From contig NC_087392.1 in NCBI RefSeq assembly GCF_963675165.1, positions 142,022-206,021 on the forward strand: a stretch of 64,000 nucleotides of DNA, in the 5' to 3' direction. How positions within the stretch are numbered: position 1 is the first letter of the stretch; every line of letters starts with the position of its first letter. This document shows positions 52,212-64,000 of this stretch, in pieces. Origin of the DNA: Halichondria panicea. Lineage: Eukaryota. Both the position numbers and the translations under genes were made by a program. The notes beneath the pieces were generated by a model, which searched no databases, was not told the DNA's origin, and saw only the letters and a list, made by a program, of their open reading frames with translations.

Positions 52212-55200
52212 ATGGAGACAGATGCTGCTACAGAGGAACAATCAGGTATCATTGTAAAGCCATCCAGAGTTTCCAGTCTAATGCTCACTAAGCTCTTACC
52301 ATTGCCTCAGAGATGGCTAGCTCATCAGCAACTGAATGCCACAGCTACAGATGTATGTCCAGAGAGGAGCTGTGTGCTGCACTGGTGGAGAAGGTGAGCC
52401 TCTACCATCATGGCCACCACCTTACCTAGTACCCACTGGCCCACAGGAGTACAAGCTCGAGTGTGCAGGGGACCAGCTGCAGTCTCTCTCAGTGTACAAG
52501 GACGAGTGTGGGCGTAAAGATGGAGTGATTGTAGAGCTGAGGAGAGAGCTAGCCGCTTACAAGCACAACTCACACACCAAAGACATCAGGTCCAACAATC
52601 TAGTGATTAAAACATCCCCTATCATCAGCTTTAGTATAGACTCTACTGGCAGGTGACTCTGTCCAATTGTACGCCAGCTAGACTTATGGAATCGTTAACT
52701 TATCCACATGTATTGTTGCGTATTGACTGATGACAATGTTTCATTCCGCCTTCCCTCCAGCTATGTCACAATGGAGGAGCACCTCTCTGCCTGTGAGCAC
52801 CACCTCCAGCTCAAGACCAGTGAGGTGGACAAGCTAACACAGGAAGCAAAGTCATGGAAGGAGAAGGTGAGATGATCATCAATACACACCATAAGTGCTA
52901 ACATACAAGTATATATCTACAAGTATCTACTTTATACTGTACGCTAGGCTTCAACTGCTGAATCCAAGCTGGGAATGCTAGGGACTGGTACGTCCTCAGG
53001 CAAAATCAATGTACTACAAAAGGAACTCTCCACCAAAAAGTCTGAGATTCTGAAGCAAAAGCAAGAGCTGCAACAGCTGCGAGCCCAACAACAGACAGAG
53101 AAGGACAGCGGTGATTCACTGAGGCATCAAGTTGCTGAGCTACAAGCAAATCTATCCTCTGTCCAATCTAAGGTTTGATTGAACACTTTGTGCTTTTGAC
53201 AACAGCTGCGCAATCTTTTCGTTTCAGATGAAGCAAAGCAAATCCTCCAACGATGACTTAAAAATGGTGATAATTATTGTTTGGTTTACTAGTTATAACA
53301 TGCTCCCTCTGTGTATACAGCAGCTGCAAAGAAGTGAGTGTGACAGAGAGAGGGCCAGTGTGGCTGAGCAGAGGAGGAAGGAGGAGTTAGGGAAGCTCAA
53401 GTCCTCCGTGTGTGATGGGAGACTGGTCAGTGTTGCAGGTCTTTGTGTCTTCAGTAGTCATCGTGTACTCTGTGTAGGCTCAAGCTAAACAAAATTTCCT
53501 GGAGGCTCAAGTTGAGAGGACAAAACTGAAGGAGGGTGAGTTGGCTGTTCAACTGGGAAAAGTCAAAGAGGAGGTGAGAGAATAATGGAATAATGTGTAT
53601 AAGTATGCTTGTCTTCTATAAGGTAGACTGTATGCGTAGTAGTTGGTGTCTTAAAAACTATATTTGTTCCCATGCATACTTGCATGCACATGGCGTAGGC
53701 TCAGGCTAAACTGGATTTCCTGGCGGCTGAGGTTGAGAGGGCAAAACTGAATGAGAGTGAGTTGGCTGTTCAGCTGGGAAAAGTCAAAGAGGAGGTGAGA
53801 GAATTGTTGTGCTTTATCTAAGCAACCATATTACCCTGGCCACAATAGCTGTGTACAACGTGTGAGAGGGTGGTCACTATGACAGCACAAGTCCTCCCCC
53901 CTGCTGATGAGGAGAGTGGTGGTCCAGTGGAGGCAGTGGAACAGTTGACTAGTGAATATACCACTGTTACTGAACAACTGCAGACCACTCAGACACAACT
54001 GACGGAGGTAATCACGCTGTCTTGTGAGATCGTCTTAAATAATTGTGTAGGTGCAAGCTGATATTGAGACTGCCAATGCCACCATTACAATGCTGACTCA
54101 GCTGTGGACTGATTTTAAGGTAACCACGATTAATGAGAACTTGGCGAATTTTGATATGATAATTTTCAGTGTGGTGTTGGATCATGTGATCTTACCCAGT
54201 CATCACTAGACACCTTGATGGCGACCCTCAGTGGACTATCCTCCCAGGAGCAGACTAATAGTTGTCAAACACTCATCGTAAGCAGACCCTCCTCACACAC
54301 ACACACATCATGCATAACTTTATGTACTGTTACTGGATAGAATGCAATGAAAGAAAGCTTGAATGTACTGAACACTGAGCTGGTTGCTAAATGGGTTCAA
54401 CTGGTGGCTGAGATAGGAGGCCATTGTTCAAGACTAGAGCTTTCCAGTGAAGGTGAGCCATTCTCATTACGTATGGTATACATGTAGGGTTATGGTACTT
54501 GTATCGTACAGAGACAATCGAACCAGTTGCTAAGCTAGCTTTGCTGATTGAAAAGATTGATTCACAGATAGCAGAGAGCATACAACTTCAAGTCAAGTAA
54601 GAGTATATCCCATAGCCAGTGTTGTTATTACCCCCCACTGTGCTGTTACCCCCCACTATATTATTACCCCCCACTGTGCTGCAGACTGCAGGGGGTGGAA
54701 GAGGGTCACCTGGCAGAGGTGGCAGCCCTGAGGGGAGCAGAAGAGGAGAGGGTGGTTACAGCCGTCCAGGAGAGCCTGGTTATTGAGAGGGTGAGGGCCG
54801 AATGGTCTTGGCTACATGTATCTGTGATGTACACGTACACGTATGTACTGAGTGCTCTAATTACCTACTGTAATTGTTACCTGTGTCTGCGTGCACGTAC
54901 AGGGGAAGGTGATCAATGAGATGCAAGCTCTAGAGCAGCGACTAGAAGCAGACAAGCATGAAGCCGTTGCCAATGAACAGAGGAATAACTCAATTCTTAG
55001 CGAGCAACTCACAACTGTTAAGGAGGTAGTGTTGACGTATTGAAAACATGCAGGGAATTTCAATAGTTTCTAACTGCAGTCTTTACTGGCTGAGCGCAAT
55101 GAGAAAGATGTACTCAAAGCAGAGAAGGTACGGTAATAATGTGTGTTTACCCCAATGTTACTATGAACGGGTACTATTTTAGCAAATTAAATTAAGTCTG

Positions 55201-58200
55201 TGCTAATAATAAACGCATTATATACGGGAGCTGAAAGAGTCCATAAAACGAGGGGGAGTTAGTTTTTTAAACAGCCATAACTTTAGTATCGTTTACCTAA
55301 TGTCAACATTTTTATGATTTTCTGAACGCTTAGAAAGAGACCTTTCAAATGGTGTGTTTCGATCCGAAATTTTGTTGGGGCCTTAATTTGTCATTTTTCG
55401 GCCTTGGACCATGGGCTATTATTCATGGTATGGCTAAATTGGCAAATACTTTTATATCTCAAATAAGAACTTTGATAATACCATTTGAAAGGTATCTTTC
55501 TAAGCTTTCAGAAAATCAAAAAATCGTTGCAATTGGATCCACGGAATTCAAGTTATGCAGCTGAAAGAGTCCATTAAACCAAGGAGCCATACATAACTTT
55601 AGTATGGTTTACCCAATGTCCACTCTAGACAGGACTAGAGACTGAGCTGGCCTCACTGGAGGTGGCCATGAGGGAAGCACTCACCACAGCCGATGTTGCC
55701 AAGGAGACAGTAAGAACAACACTCATGCAGGAAACAATTGGATACAGAGTAAGCCAAACCCCATCTTAAAATTCACCACAACCACCCCGTACCAAACCCC
55801 ACCTTATAATTCACCACAACCACCTCGTACCAAACCCCACCTTATAATTCACCACAACCACCTCGTACCAAACCCCACCTTATAATTCACCACAACCATC
55901 CCGTACTCGTCTGCCCCCACTAGGAGCAGTCCCACCAGCATGCCCTCACCATAGTTGCTCTGGAGGAGAAGTTGATGGCATCGATGGAGAGATGTAAGCA
56001 GCTCCGGGGTGAGAATGAGGCTCTGTCTCAAGTGGTGAGTGGAGGGTCAGGTACGGCTCAGGGAGAGGAGGACAAGGTGAAGAAACTCACCAAGTTGACT
56101 GACACACTCAGGTATCTACGTGCACAGGAAATACAAGAACTTGTTGCAATCTTGTAGAATGTGTTTACTTGCATTGCAGCTATAATTATCGTATGTCCTG
56201 TTTTAGGCATCAGCTATCTCTTGCGAATGATGGATGCACTAAAAGCCAGAGGAGAATCAAACTGCTCGAGTCTGATCTACTGACAGTCCGCAAGCAAATC
56301 AAAGACAGAGAAGGTACCATTTCCTCACTGTTACTAAATGCTCACATCGTCTTTATGTAGACGACATAACGCGTCAGTTCCAAGAGCAATTGAGTGATTT
56401 ACAGCTCACCCTCTCCAAGCAGGAGACGTCTCTGGAGGGTAAGAGGTCAGAGGTCACTCACCTCCAGTCAGTACTGCAGGAGAAGACCACCTCGCTAACA
56501 GCTATCATTGAAACGGAAAGGTGTGACGCTGAACATAAACTATTGGAAATGAGGAACCAACTCACTCACAGCTCTCATGTGGTGAGCTAGACCTATTATA
56601 CAGTATGTTGGTACATGCTATTGGTGTAGGGATCTAGTGGCCTGGCTCAAGTTGGCCAGAGGTGTACTGGAGAGAAGCACTGTGACACCATTGCTAGTCA
56701 GAGGAGAGCCTTGTCACAGCTGAGGGACCACATACAAGAGCTGGAGCTAACCAAGCCACCAGGTATGTATGTCAGTGATTCAAACACTGTCTTTTGATCA
56801 CCTGTGTCTGCACAGTTGGTAGTCATCAAGCAACGCTGAAAGAGCTGTCTCGTGTTAGACATGAGTTGTTCAAGGCTAAGGCACGCGTATCACTGACAGC
56901 TACTCCAGCTCAACCAGAGCCAGAGGATGCATTCACTCTACCAGCAGTGGTATGCTCATCAGTGCTGTGTGTTATTGTGTTGACTGTATTGTTTCAGGAA
57001 GGTGAAGAGAGTGTGAGGAAAATTCAAGATTTGGAATCTTCAGTGTTGAAGCTTCGTGATGCTGTAGAGTGCAGCGAACGAACCGTGTGAGTGTCACATG
57101 TACTCGTTAGTGCACCTGCTACAGTTGTTGTACAGTACAAGCAGCTGGTTGAGGTCATCTGTAAGAACATGTATGACGTGGATCGCCCAACCTCTCAAAG
57201 TATGGGGGACGGACCGAGTGAGGAAGAAAGACAAGACATTCTCAAAGAGAGGAAAAAGGTGAACAATTAATTTATGTTTGTTTCTGGCCTAGTGAGTGGT
57301 AGGGGTTGGTAGATTATGCTCGAGATATTACCTATTATGCTATTCTTTTATGCTCAAGTTAACAGCCTACAAATTGCCTATTATTCTTTTCAAATCGCCT
57401 ATTATTCTCACATTCCTCCTAAGCACAACATAGGTCCCATGTCGTGGCACAAGTAACATCAAACTATAAATAATTTCCACGTGACTCTAACACTATAATA
57501 ATTATAGAATTTCAAGGAGATAATTGTTTATATACTATGACTCGTACAGCCTGCCTATATAATTATTATTGTTATAAATGTACCTATTATGCCAGCATAA
57601 TTCTCACCCCAAAAATGTACCTATTACGCTCAAAATTAACCAACTCTTATGTTTGTTTCTGGCCTAGTGAGTGGGCCTGTAGTGAATGTGTTTGATTCTG
57701 GCCTGGTGAGTGGGCCTGGACATGTAGTATAATATGTTTGTTTCTGGCCTAGTGAGTGGGGCCTGTAGTGAATGTATTTGATTCTGGCCTGGTGAGTGGG
57801 CCTGGATCTATGGTATAATATGTTTGTACTATCATTTCTTTGCACAGTTTGCCGAAGCAGTTTTTAGACGATTCAAGACGCTAGAGCTCAAGTCTAGGTA
57901 TGCTCTGCTATGCTAACACACTGTCAGTACACGCTGTACCCATAGCAGCAGAGGAGGGTCGACCAATGGAGGCACACTGCCTGATGAGGGAGTATCAGAG
58001 GTGGTGGTCCTACAGGCTGCTCTGGATGGTGCTAGGGAGGAGCTTGAAGAACAGAGGAGACTTAACCAAGCTCTCATCAATCGAAGGGTGTGTTTATAAG
58101 TGTGTGTGTGTGTGTGTGGTCAGATGTTATGCTGTGTTTCCTACTGCAGGTGTTCAAAGGGAAGCAGCTGGCTGCATCACAGCAAAGACCTCACCACAAG

Positions 58201-58212
58201 TGCATCAAATAA
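52212..58212 (+). CDS. Large coiled-coil protein of unassigned family, about 30 exons. Start about 52212 (METDAATEEQSG) and stop TAA at 58210-58212 (...VFKGKQLAASQQRPHHKCIK*). It contains a tandemly duplicated exon pair at 53482-53578 and 53700-53796.
   Basis: Chain of short GT-AG exons whose translations are heptad-rich. Examples are LQKELSTKKSEILKQKQELQQLRAQQQTEK, LEEKLMASMERCKQLRGENEAL and ALSQLRDHIQELELTK. No enzymatic or DNA-binding domain was recognised. Confidence 0.6.
55271..55567 (+). mobile_element. MITE family copy (about 297 bp), near-identical to the 16594-16891 copy, in an intron of the coiled-coil gene.
   Basis: Same TIRs (acagccataacttt ... caagttatgcagctgaaag) and internal sequence as the reference copy. 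Confidence 0.8.
55755..55905. repeat. About four tandem copies of a ~38-bp unit (ccccaccttataattcaccacaaccacctcgtaccaaa), intronic.
   Basis: Direct reading. Confidence 0.9.
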
Positions 58213-58437
58213 CTATATAATAATTTATATACTTTATTTTTCTTGTGCAGTTTTACTAGTCTCATGAATCAGCCGCACCTTTGGTGTCCAAAGGTGCGGC
58301 TGATTTATGAGACTACAGTTTTACATGTTTTAATGTTGACAACATTGTTGTAGTAACTAAGGTTTACAATCCACCCACGCATTGAGTCATTTTACAACTT
58401 TCTAGATTGTCGATTTTTTCCAATAATAGATTATCAA

Positions 58438-60419
58438 ATGGAGGGTGTAAAGCATGTTTGGAGAAAGGCTGCCTGCGTGCTGTTCGTCACAGGGCCTTTC
58501 AAATACTGTCCACAGAAGGCTCCTGGTATGAGGGGTCTTATAGAGGCCCATGTGAGGGGGGCAAGACCCCCCACGACCTGTTTCCTAGAGAAGGACCCTC
58601 AGCAGAGTCACAGAGAAGATATGGAGATTATGTTTGTCCAGCGACACTCAAAGTCAGGCTTTATGGTGAGTGAGAGCGACTTATTTATTTGTATAGATTT
58701 TATGTTTTATAAGTATGCTTCACTGCTTCACAGCCGGACATGCATGTGTTTCCCGGAGGTGTTCTGGACAAAGCCGACTACTCTGCGGACTGGCTGACAG
58801 TGTTTTCTCATCACCAGACCTCCTTCCCCTCCCTCACCAGCACACACACACTCCCCCTCTACTCTCAAGTCCCCTCCCCCCTCTGTGGAGAGGTGGCCTT
58901 CAGGATCTGTGCCATTAGGGAGATGTTTGAGGAGGCCGGAGTGCTCCTGGTACGAGACAGAGATGACCACGCCCCCCTCTCCGCCCTCCTCCCAGGAACA
59001 TTCAGCCCATCAGTGAGAGTGTTGCCTGAGGCCACTCGGGAACACTGGAGGAGAAGGGTCCATGACAATGCACACGAGTTCCTAGCACTATGCAAGTAAG
59101 AATGGCTATAAATTGTTCCCCATTATAATACTGTTCATGTTCGTGTCCGTACCATAATGGTTACTGTTCGTGTTCGTGTCTGTACCATAATGGTTACTGT
59201 TCCCACCATGCTATAGCAATTGAAGAGAGGACCTCTCTGCCTACACACCTGTTCATGTTCGTGTCCGTACCATAATGGTTACTGTTCCCACCATGCTATA
59301 GTATATATACAATTGAAGAGAGGGCCTCTCTGCCCACACACCTGAAAAAGCTATTTTGTGCAGTTCCCACCATACTGTTAGAATACATCATTCCTAGGGC
59401 AGTATATCTCAAGTGCAGCTAGTGCCTTCTCCTTGTGAAGTCGTTTGTGTTCATCTACAGTGAATTGAACTGTGTGCCTGACATCTGGTCACTTATGGAG
59501 TGGTCCAACTGGCTCACCCCTCGTAACCACAAGAGACGCTTCGACACCATCTTCTACATGGTGTTCAGTGGGGAAAAGCCTTCCATCCATCCTGACGGCA
59601 TTGAAGTCACCAACAGTGCAGTAAGTCAGTCCTGTACAGTGGCTACTCTGGATTATCATGTTGTAACAACCACTCTATAGTGGATGAGCCCAACAGCTGC
59701 AACAAGAAAGCTTCAAGACAAAGAGGTCATGCTTGCCCCTCCACAGTTCGCAGAGGTCATGAAGATGCAGATGTGAGTCTTACAAAAATTAAAGAGAAGC
59801 CATTGATTAGTAACGTGTGTGTGTGTGTGTGTGTATTGTGTCCAGGTTTCCCAGCTCTCAATGTCTTCATTCCTCCGCTGTTCACACTAGTCTTGCAGAG
59901 GGAACTGTTCGTAGGATCCTCTCTGCAAGAATACTCGCCAAAGATGGAGTGTTGATTGTAAGTCCACTATAATTGTAGGCTTTAACATTGTTAGCACCGC
60001 ATGTCATTACTGTTAGCCCACCTACTGAGAGTGTAAGCCTGCCCAGGCTACATGCATGACTGTATAAGATCACAGTTGTGCGATCAGTCTATATACACCT
60101 CTCTCCCTGCCTGCAGTCAGTCAACGAGTTTGACGACCTGTACCCTGCCCAAGGTTCAGAGGACTGGCGTACCCATGTACAGCACCCCCAGGCCCTTCAT
60201 CTGAGGGACAAAGTTCAGCTGGTGCTCTCTGATAGCACTGTCTCTGAGTACGAGATCCCAGACCACACGGCAGAGGAACTGTTACACCTGTCCCAGTCTT
60301 ACAGTCGGATGGAGATGCACTCGTTGGATGATATCAGATCACATGACAATTCAAACAATGTTAGAACACTAACTGAACATATAGACCGTTTTGCATCTTT
60401 GTATGGCTGTAAATTATGA
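58438..60419 (+). CDS. NUDT19: NUDT19-like Nudix hydrolase (peroxisomal acyl-CoA diphosphatase type), about 6 exons, ending in -CKL (PTS1-like tripeptide). Stop at 60417-60419.
   Basis: WRKAACVLFVTG...MFVQRHSKSGFM|PDMHVFPGGVLDKADYSADWL...GEVAFRICAIREMFEEAGVLLVRD (Nudix box) ... CVPDIWSLMEWSNWLTPRNHKRRFDTIFYMV ... MLAPPQFAEV, closely paralleling NUDT19. Confidence 0.75.
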
Positions 60420-60574
60420 CATTTTTGTCTAAACCACTAGAGGTCACTAGAGGTCAACTTAATTAGCCCATAACAATGAGCTTAATATACAACCATGTGA
60501 TTAAATATTATAACAATCATGTAATTAAACATTATTATAAATGTCATCATAAGGTATAGCACACAAACACATTG

Positions 60575-62213
60575 TTAGTTCACAGTGTAGTATCTCCTAA
60601 GCCCATCCACGTACAGCCACTCCATAGCTCTGGCAGGAGACAGTAGCTTACAGTAGTGCATGCCAGCAAATATACCGATACTGTAGGTCACGGCCGTCTT
60701 CATTTGTATTGACTGAACGGTAACTATCTCACCCCCCGTTGAGTTCGTACCCACTGTGTAGTCCATAGGGAGGTAGATCCATAGTCCTCCGTTCTTAAGG
60801 CAACCCTTGTCCTCACCCATAACCATGGCAACACCGTGCTCCTTGAAGCGTGACAAGGTAACGGGGTCAGAGTTCTTCAACGCCCAATCGTACGCCTGTT
60901 GATTAATGGTCTTGCAACGAGAGCCTGCATCAGATTTGTTGAAATCCACATTTCCATAGCCGGCAGCAATCATCACAGACTGTCGAGATTTTAGTTTTGC
61001 TCGTATTTCATTAGCAGAAGTAGCCACCTCACCATCATCATACAGATCATGTTCATATATATTCTCACTTACTGAAGACAGTTGCACAGTGCAGGATGGA
61101 CTGGTGGTTGAGCAGTTGCTGAAGATTGCCGGGTGGTGGAACTTAGGCAGTATCTCAGAGGCTGGATGGATTTCGTCAGTATCGTTGATATGGCCAATAT
61201 CCAGCTGTGCCATTGTTACCATGGAGGACTGTGTCCACGGACAACCTACTTGACAGGCTGGACTTGGAGGGTTCTCAAAACAGGGAGTCTTAAATTTGTA
61301 CGAGGCCTCAAGTTTGTACGCCTCGATGATTGGTTTTAGAAACTGTCCAGTACTTGCAACGGCATCTTTGAGAGCGGGTAGACAACTTGTGTTTCCAAGA
61401 GCAACAGAAATGTAATTTGACACAACTGCTGAAACTTTTGAGTGTGCAGAATCATACGAAATCTCTGGTTGAAAGTCACGATCTTTGATTGTCTTTGGCA
61501 TTGTCCCTGAGGCAAACTGGAAGTGTGACATGCCCCTCACCACGACAACAGGAAAGGTTGAGACAGCTTTAGTTGGATCAGTAGCAACTTGCACTCGATG
61601 ATAATACTCCTCCATGATTCTAGTTAGTCTGGCCACACCATCCAACTCTCCACCAATAGTCAGGGTGTGCACCGGGTACGGGGGGGAGCTGCGATAGATT
61701 CGTTGCAGGAACGAACCAAACAGGATTTGCCCTGCAGAAATAATATCAAATGGTGAAAGAATGACAAACGGGAAAAACAAGCCACTCTATACATACATTC
61801 CAAATACACACACCTGCAGTGTTGTGAGCAAGTGTGGTGTTCTTGACGAGGTAGTCTTGCAGTGGATTAGCGCTGACTGGAGAGTGGGCTGCAAAGAATA
61901 GCCGAGTCTTCACCGCCATTCCTTGAGCCTGCATGGACAGCAAGATGCGACTAATGGCTTCTCCTATCTCAGTGCTGAGCACGGCATCCAGAGGGATGTA
62001 AGGGATACCAATCCAGAGAGGGTAGTTGCAAACATCTTGCATTGCAGTTGCCAATGGTTTGTACTGTGATGGGTCCACTCCAGCACTTGGAATGAGCACC
62101 AAGGCAACTGGTGATCTAGCTTCATTAGGAGGCTTCAGAATGACATCTCCAAGAGCTGGTTGCATGAAGAGAAGAGTTCCAATGGCGACCAAAACGGACT
62201 GCAAACTAGCCAT
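60575..62213 (-). CDS. Secreted protein of about 550 aa of unknown family, 2 exons (61790-62213 and 60575-61740), joined by a short intron at about 61741-61789. It has an N-terminal signal peptide (MASLQSVLVAIGTLLFMQPALG), a Cys-rich middle region and several N-glycosylation sequons.
   Basis: Two long minus-strand ORFs are joined by a GT-AG intron (…AHNTAG|QILFGSF…). No confident family match by eye; possibly hydrolase-like (…RLFFAAHSPVS…). Confidence 0.6.
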
Positions 62214-62616
62214 CTTGGTTAGCTTGTTAATATTAATGAGGGTGGGGCTGACTTTTAATATTGCTCATAATACGCCGCCCTCTCAACATTGTTAATTATT
62301 ATTTTCACAAATATAATTTTATTTTTAATATACCGTATATCTTCTAATTTATCGGACAGTAAAAAAGTGTGGTTACCTTTTCGATTGCCCAAAAGAGTGT
62401 CCGGGGTAATTAGAAATGTCCGATAAATAAAAAGATATACAGTAATTATACATAATAATGATATGCCAATTTTGAGATGAGTGTGTAATGAGGGATGAGG
62501 GAAATAGGCACAAAAACCAACAAATAATTGAGAAGGGAAAAATACATGTAAGAGAAAGATACCATAACAACAGTGTGTGCGTGTGTGTGTGTGTGTGTGG
62601 GTGGGGGGGGGTTTAC

Positions 62617-63579
62617 TCAGTAATGAAGGTATAAATCAAAAGAGCCTTTCTGATTGTCAAATGATAGATCAATGATAAAGTCATCCTCGCTCTGAAACTG
62701 TTCAACCATGGAATCGTCCATCTGTACGACCAGCCCCTTCTTAGTTCTCTTGTACACATTCTGTATCATGTCAGCTGGGGCATCAAACTTCTTGCCAACC
62801 TACAGCAGAGGGGGGAGGGTTCCAGTTACTCCATTACTGTACACAGATCCACTACACTTCCTACACTACAAATAATTATGCCAGGGCTTGTATATAGAGG
62901 CACATACATTGCTACACTGCCCAAGGGCTTGTATATAGAGGCATATACAAAGCTACAATGCCCCAGGGCTTATATACAGAGGCACATACAAAGCTACAAT
63001 GCCCCAGGGCTTATATACAGAGGCACATATACACTGCTACAATGCCCCAGGGCCACTCACCTCCAGCTTGAGGTCATACACAGAGGCACAGTCCAGCATC
63101 AGAGCCTTGTACACATTCTCGTCCTCCTTGCGCACGTAGATTGTCATCACTACAGTGAACACAACCATGTCACTGACAACAGCAGAAACTATGGGTGGGT
63201 GTGGTTACCTTTCCGATTGCGGATGCGTGGAGCCTTCTTAGGGGGAGCCCCCTCACACTCCTCCCCTTCGTTGTCCACCTCCAGAGCACCAAATTCATCC
63301 TATGAAGAGAAAACACAACAACTCAAGGCTGCGACAAAACACAATATGACAGAGAGAGAGAGACTGCACTGTCAGTGTGTAGTGAGAGAGACTGCACTGT
63401 GTAGTAAGTGGGAAACACACACCAAAACAACACACAAAGATCAGGTTAACAGCTAGTTTGAGGTGTTTGCTGAGATGGGGTGGGGGTACCTTAGTTTGTC
63501 TTAGAGTGTTGCCAAATGTTCTCTTTGATTCTCGATCTCTACAGTGTACACACACATGCACAAAAAATAGGTCAAATAT

Positions 63580-63653
<74 letters not shown>

Positions 63654-64000
63654 CACAATGCACACTCCCTGTACTTGGTAGACAACCATGCACACAGAAC
63701 ACAATGCACACTCCCTGTACTTGGTAAGACAACCATGCACACAGAACACAATGCACACTCCCTGTACTTGGTATGACAATCATGCACACAGAACACAATG
63801 CACACTCCCTGTACTTGGTATGACAACCATGCACACAGAACACAATGCACACTCCCTGTACTTGGTATGACAACCATGCACACAGAACACAATGCACACT
63901 CCCTGTACTTGGTATGACAACCATGCACACAGAGCACAATGCACACTCCCTGTACTTGGTAGACAACCATGCACACAGAACACAATCTACATAATCAGCA
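62617..64000 (-). CDS. Grainyhead/CP2-family transcription factor, 3' portion (the gene continues beyond the window end). Last three exons are at about 63230-63310, 63063-63160 and 62617-62803. Stop TGA at 62617-62619.
   Basis: The C-terminal dimerisation domain aligns to GRHL: TIYVRKEDENVYKALMLDCASVYDLKLE|VGKKFDAPADMIQNVYKRTKKGLVVQMDDSMVEQFQSEDDFIIDL (as GRHL LLYVRKE.DDVFDALML ... LYKKSKKGILVNMDDNII..YSNEDTF). Confidence 0.7.
63591..63975. repeat. (CA)n microsatellite (63591-63650) followed by about six tandem copies of a ~60-bp unit (acaaccatgcacacagaacacaatgcacactccctgtacttggtatg), in a GRHL intron.
   Basis: Direct reading. The ORF-track ORFs here are repeat artefacts. Confidence 0.95.

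Noticed and set aside
62373-62570. 65-aa minus-strand ORF in AT-rich DNA between the secreted-protein gene and GRHL
   Set aside because: Low-complexity, hydrophobic junk peptide in a 3' UTR/intergenic segment, with no splice or motif support.

Overview
This 64 kb window is eukaryotic nuclear DNA from a compact-genome invertebrate metazoan. It is not a prokaryotic locus: genes are multi-exon with GT-AG introns, mostly 45-150 bp, and (CA)n/(TG)n microsatellites are frequent. About 17 protein-coding genes are packed into 64 kb, several in head-to-head pairs less than 350 bp apart. No CRISPR array or prokaryotic defence system is present.

Genes in order along the window:
- Partial proline-rich docking/adaptor protein, terminal exon (+, 2-2398).
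- LYRM2-like LYR-motif protein (+, about 2797-3064).
- TRAF4-like RING/TRAF-zinc-finger/MATH protein (-, 3325-4601), with an apparent 1-nt frameshift in the MATH domain.
- AP-1 gamma adaptin (+, 4803-11199).
- A divergent T-box transcription factor (-, 11490-12735).
- Intersectin, with EH, coiled-coil, five SH3, DH-PH and C2 domains (-, 13047 to about 23760).
- CHMP2 / Vps2 (+, 24090-25448).
- YRDC / Sua5 (-, 25710-26702).
- A giant ciliary protein with ASH/MSP-like repeats and a CH domain, CFAP47-like (+, 26930-44013). An X-box (RFX) site and a TATA box lie directly upstream.
- A bacterial-type carbon-nitrogen hydrolase (-, 32366-33166), an intronless 266-aa ORF nested antisense inside an intron of the ciliary gene.
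- A PET domain plus six-LIM protein, Limpet/testin/prickle-like (-, 44218 to about 46480).
- WEE1 kinase (-, 47427-50246).
- A ZAR1-like 3CxxC zinc-finger gene (+, 51131-52004).
- A long coiled-coil protein (+, 52212-58212).
- NUDT19-like Nudix hydrolase ending in -CKL (+, 58438-60419).
- A secreted protein of about 550 aa, unknown family (-, 60575-62213).
- The 3' part of a grainyhead/CP2 factor (-, 62617 to window end).

Interspersed elements:
- A roughly 290-bp MITE family, about nine copies including a tandem array of about four copies.
- A Stowaway-like TA-flanked MITE inserted into a 42-bp minisatellite.
- A 435-bp perfect foldback element.
- Several minisatellites that abut 3' splice sites.
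- A 70-bp satellite family.

All coordinates derived by hand are approximate to within a few nucleotides. Where available, ORF-track coordinates were used.
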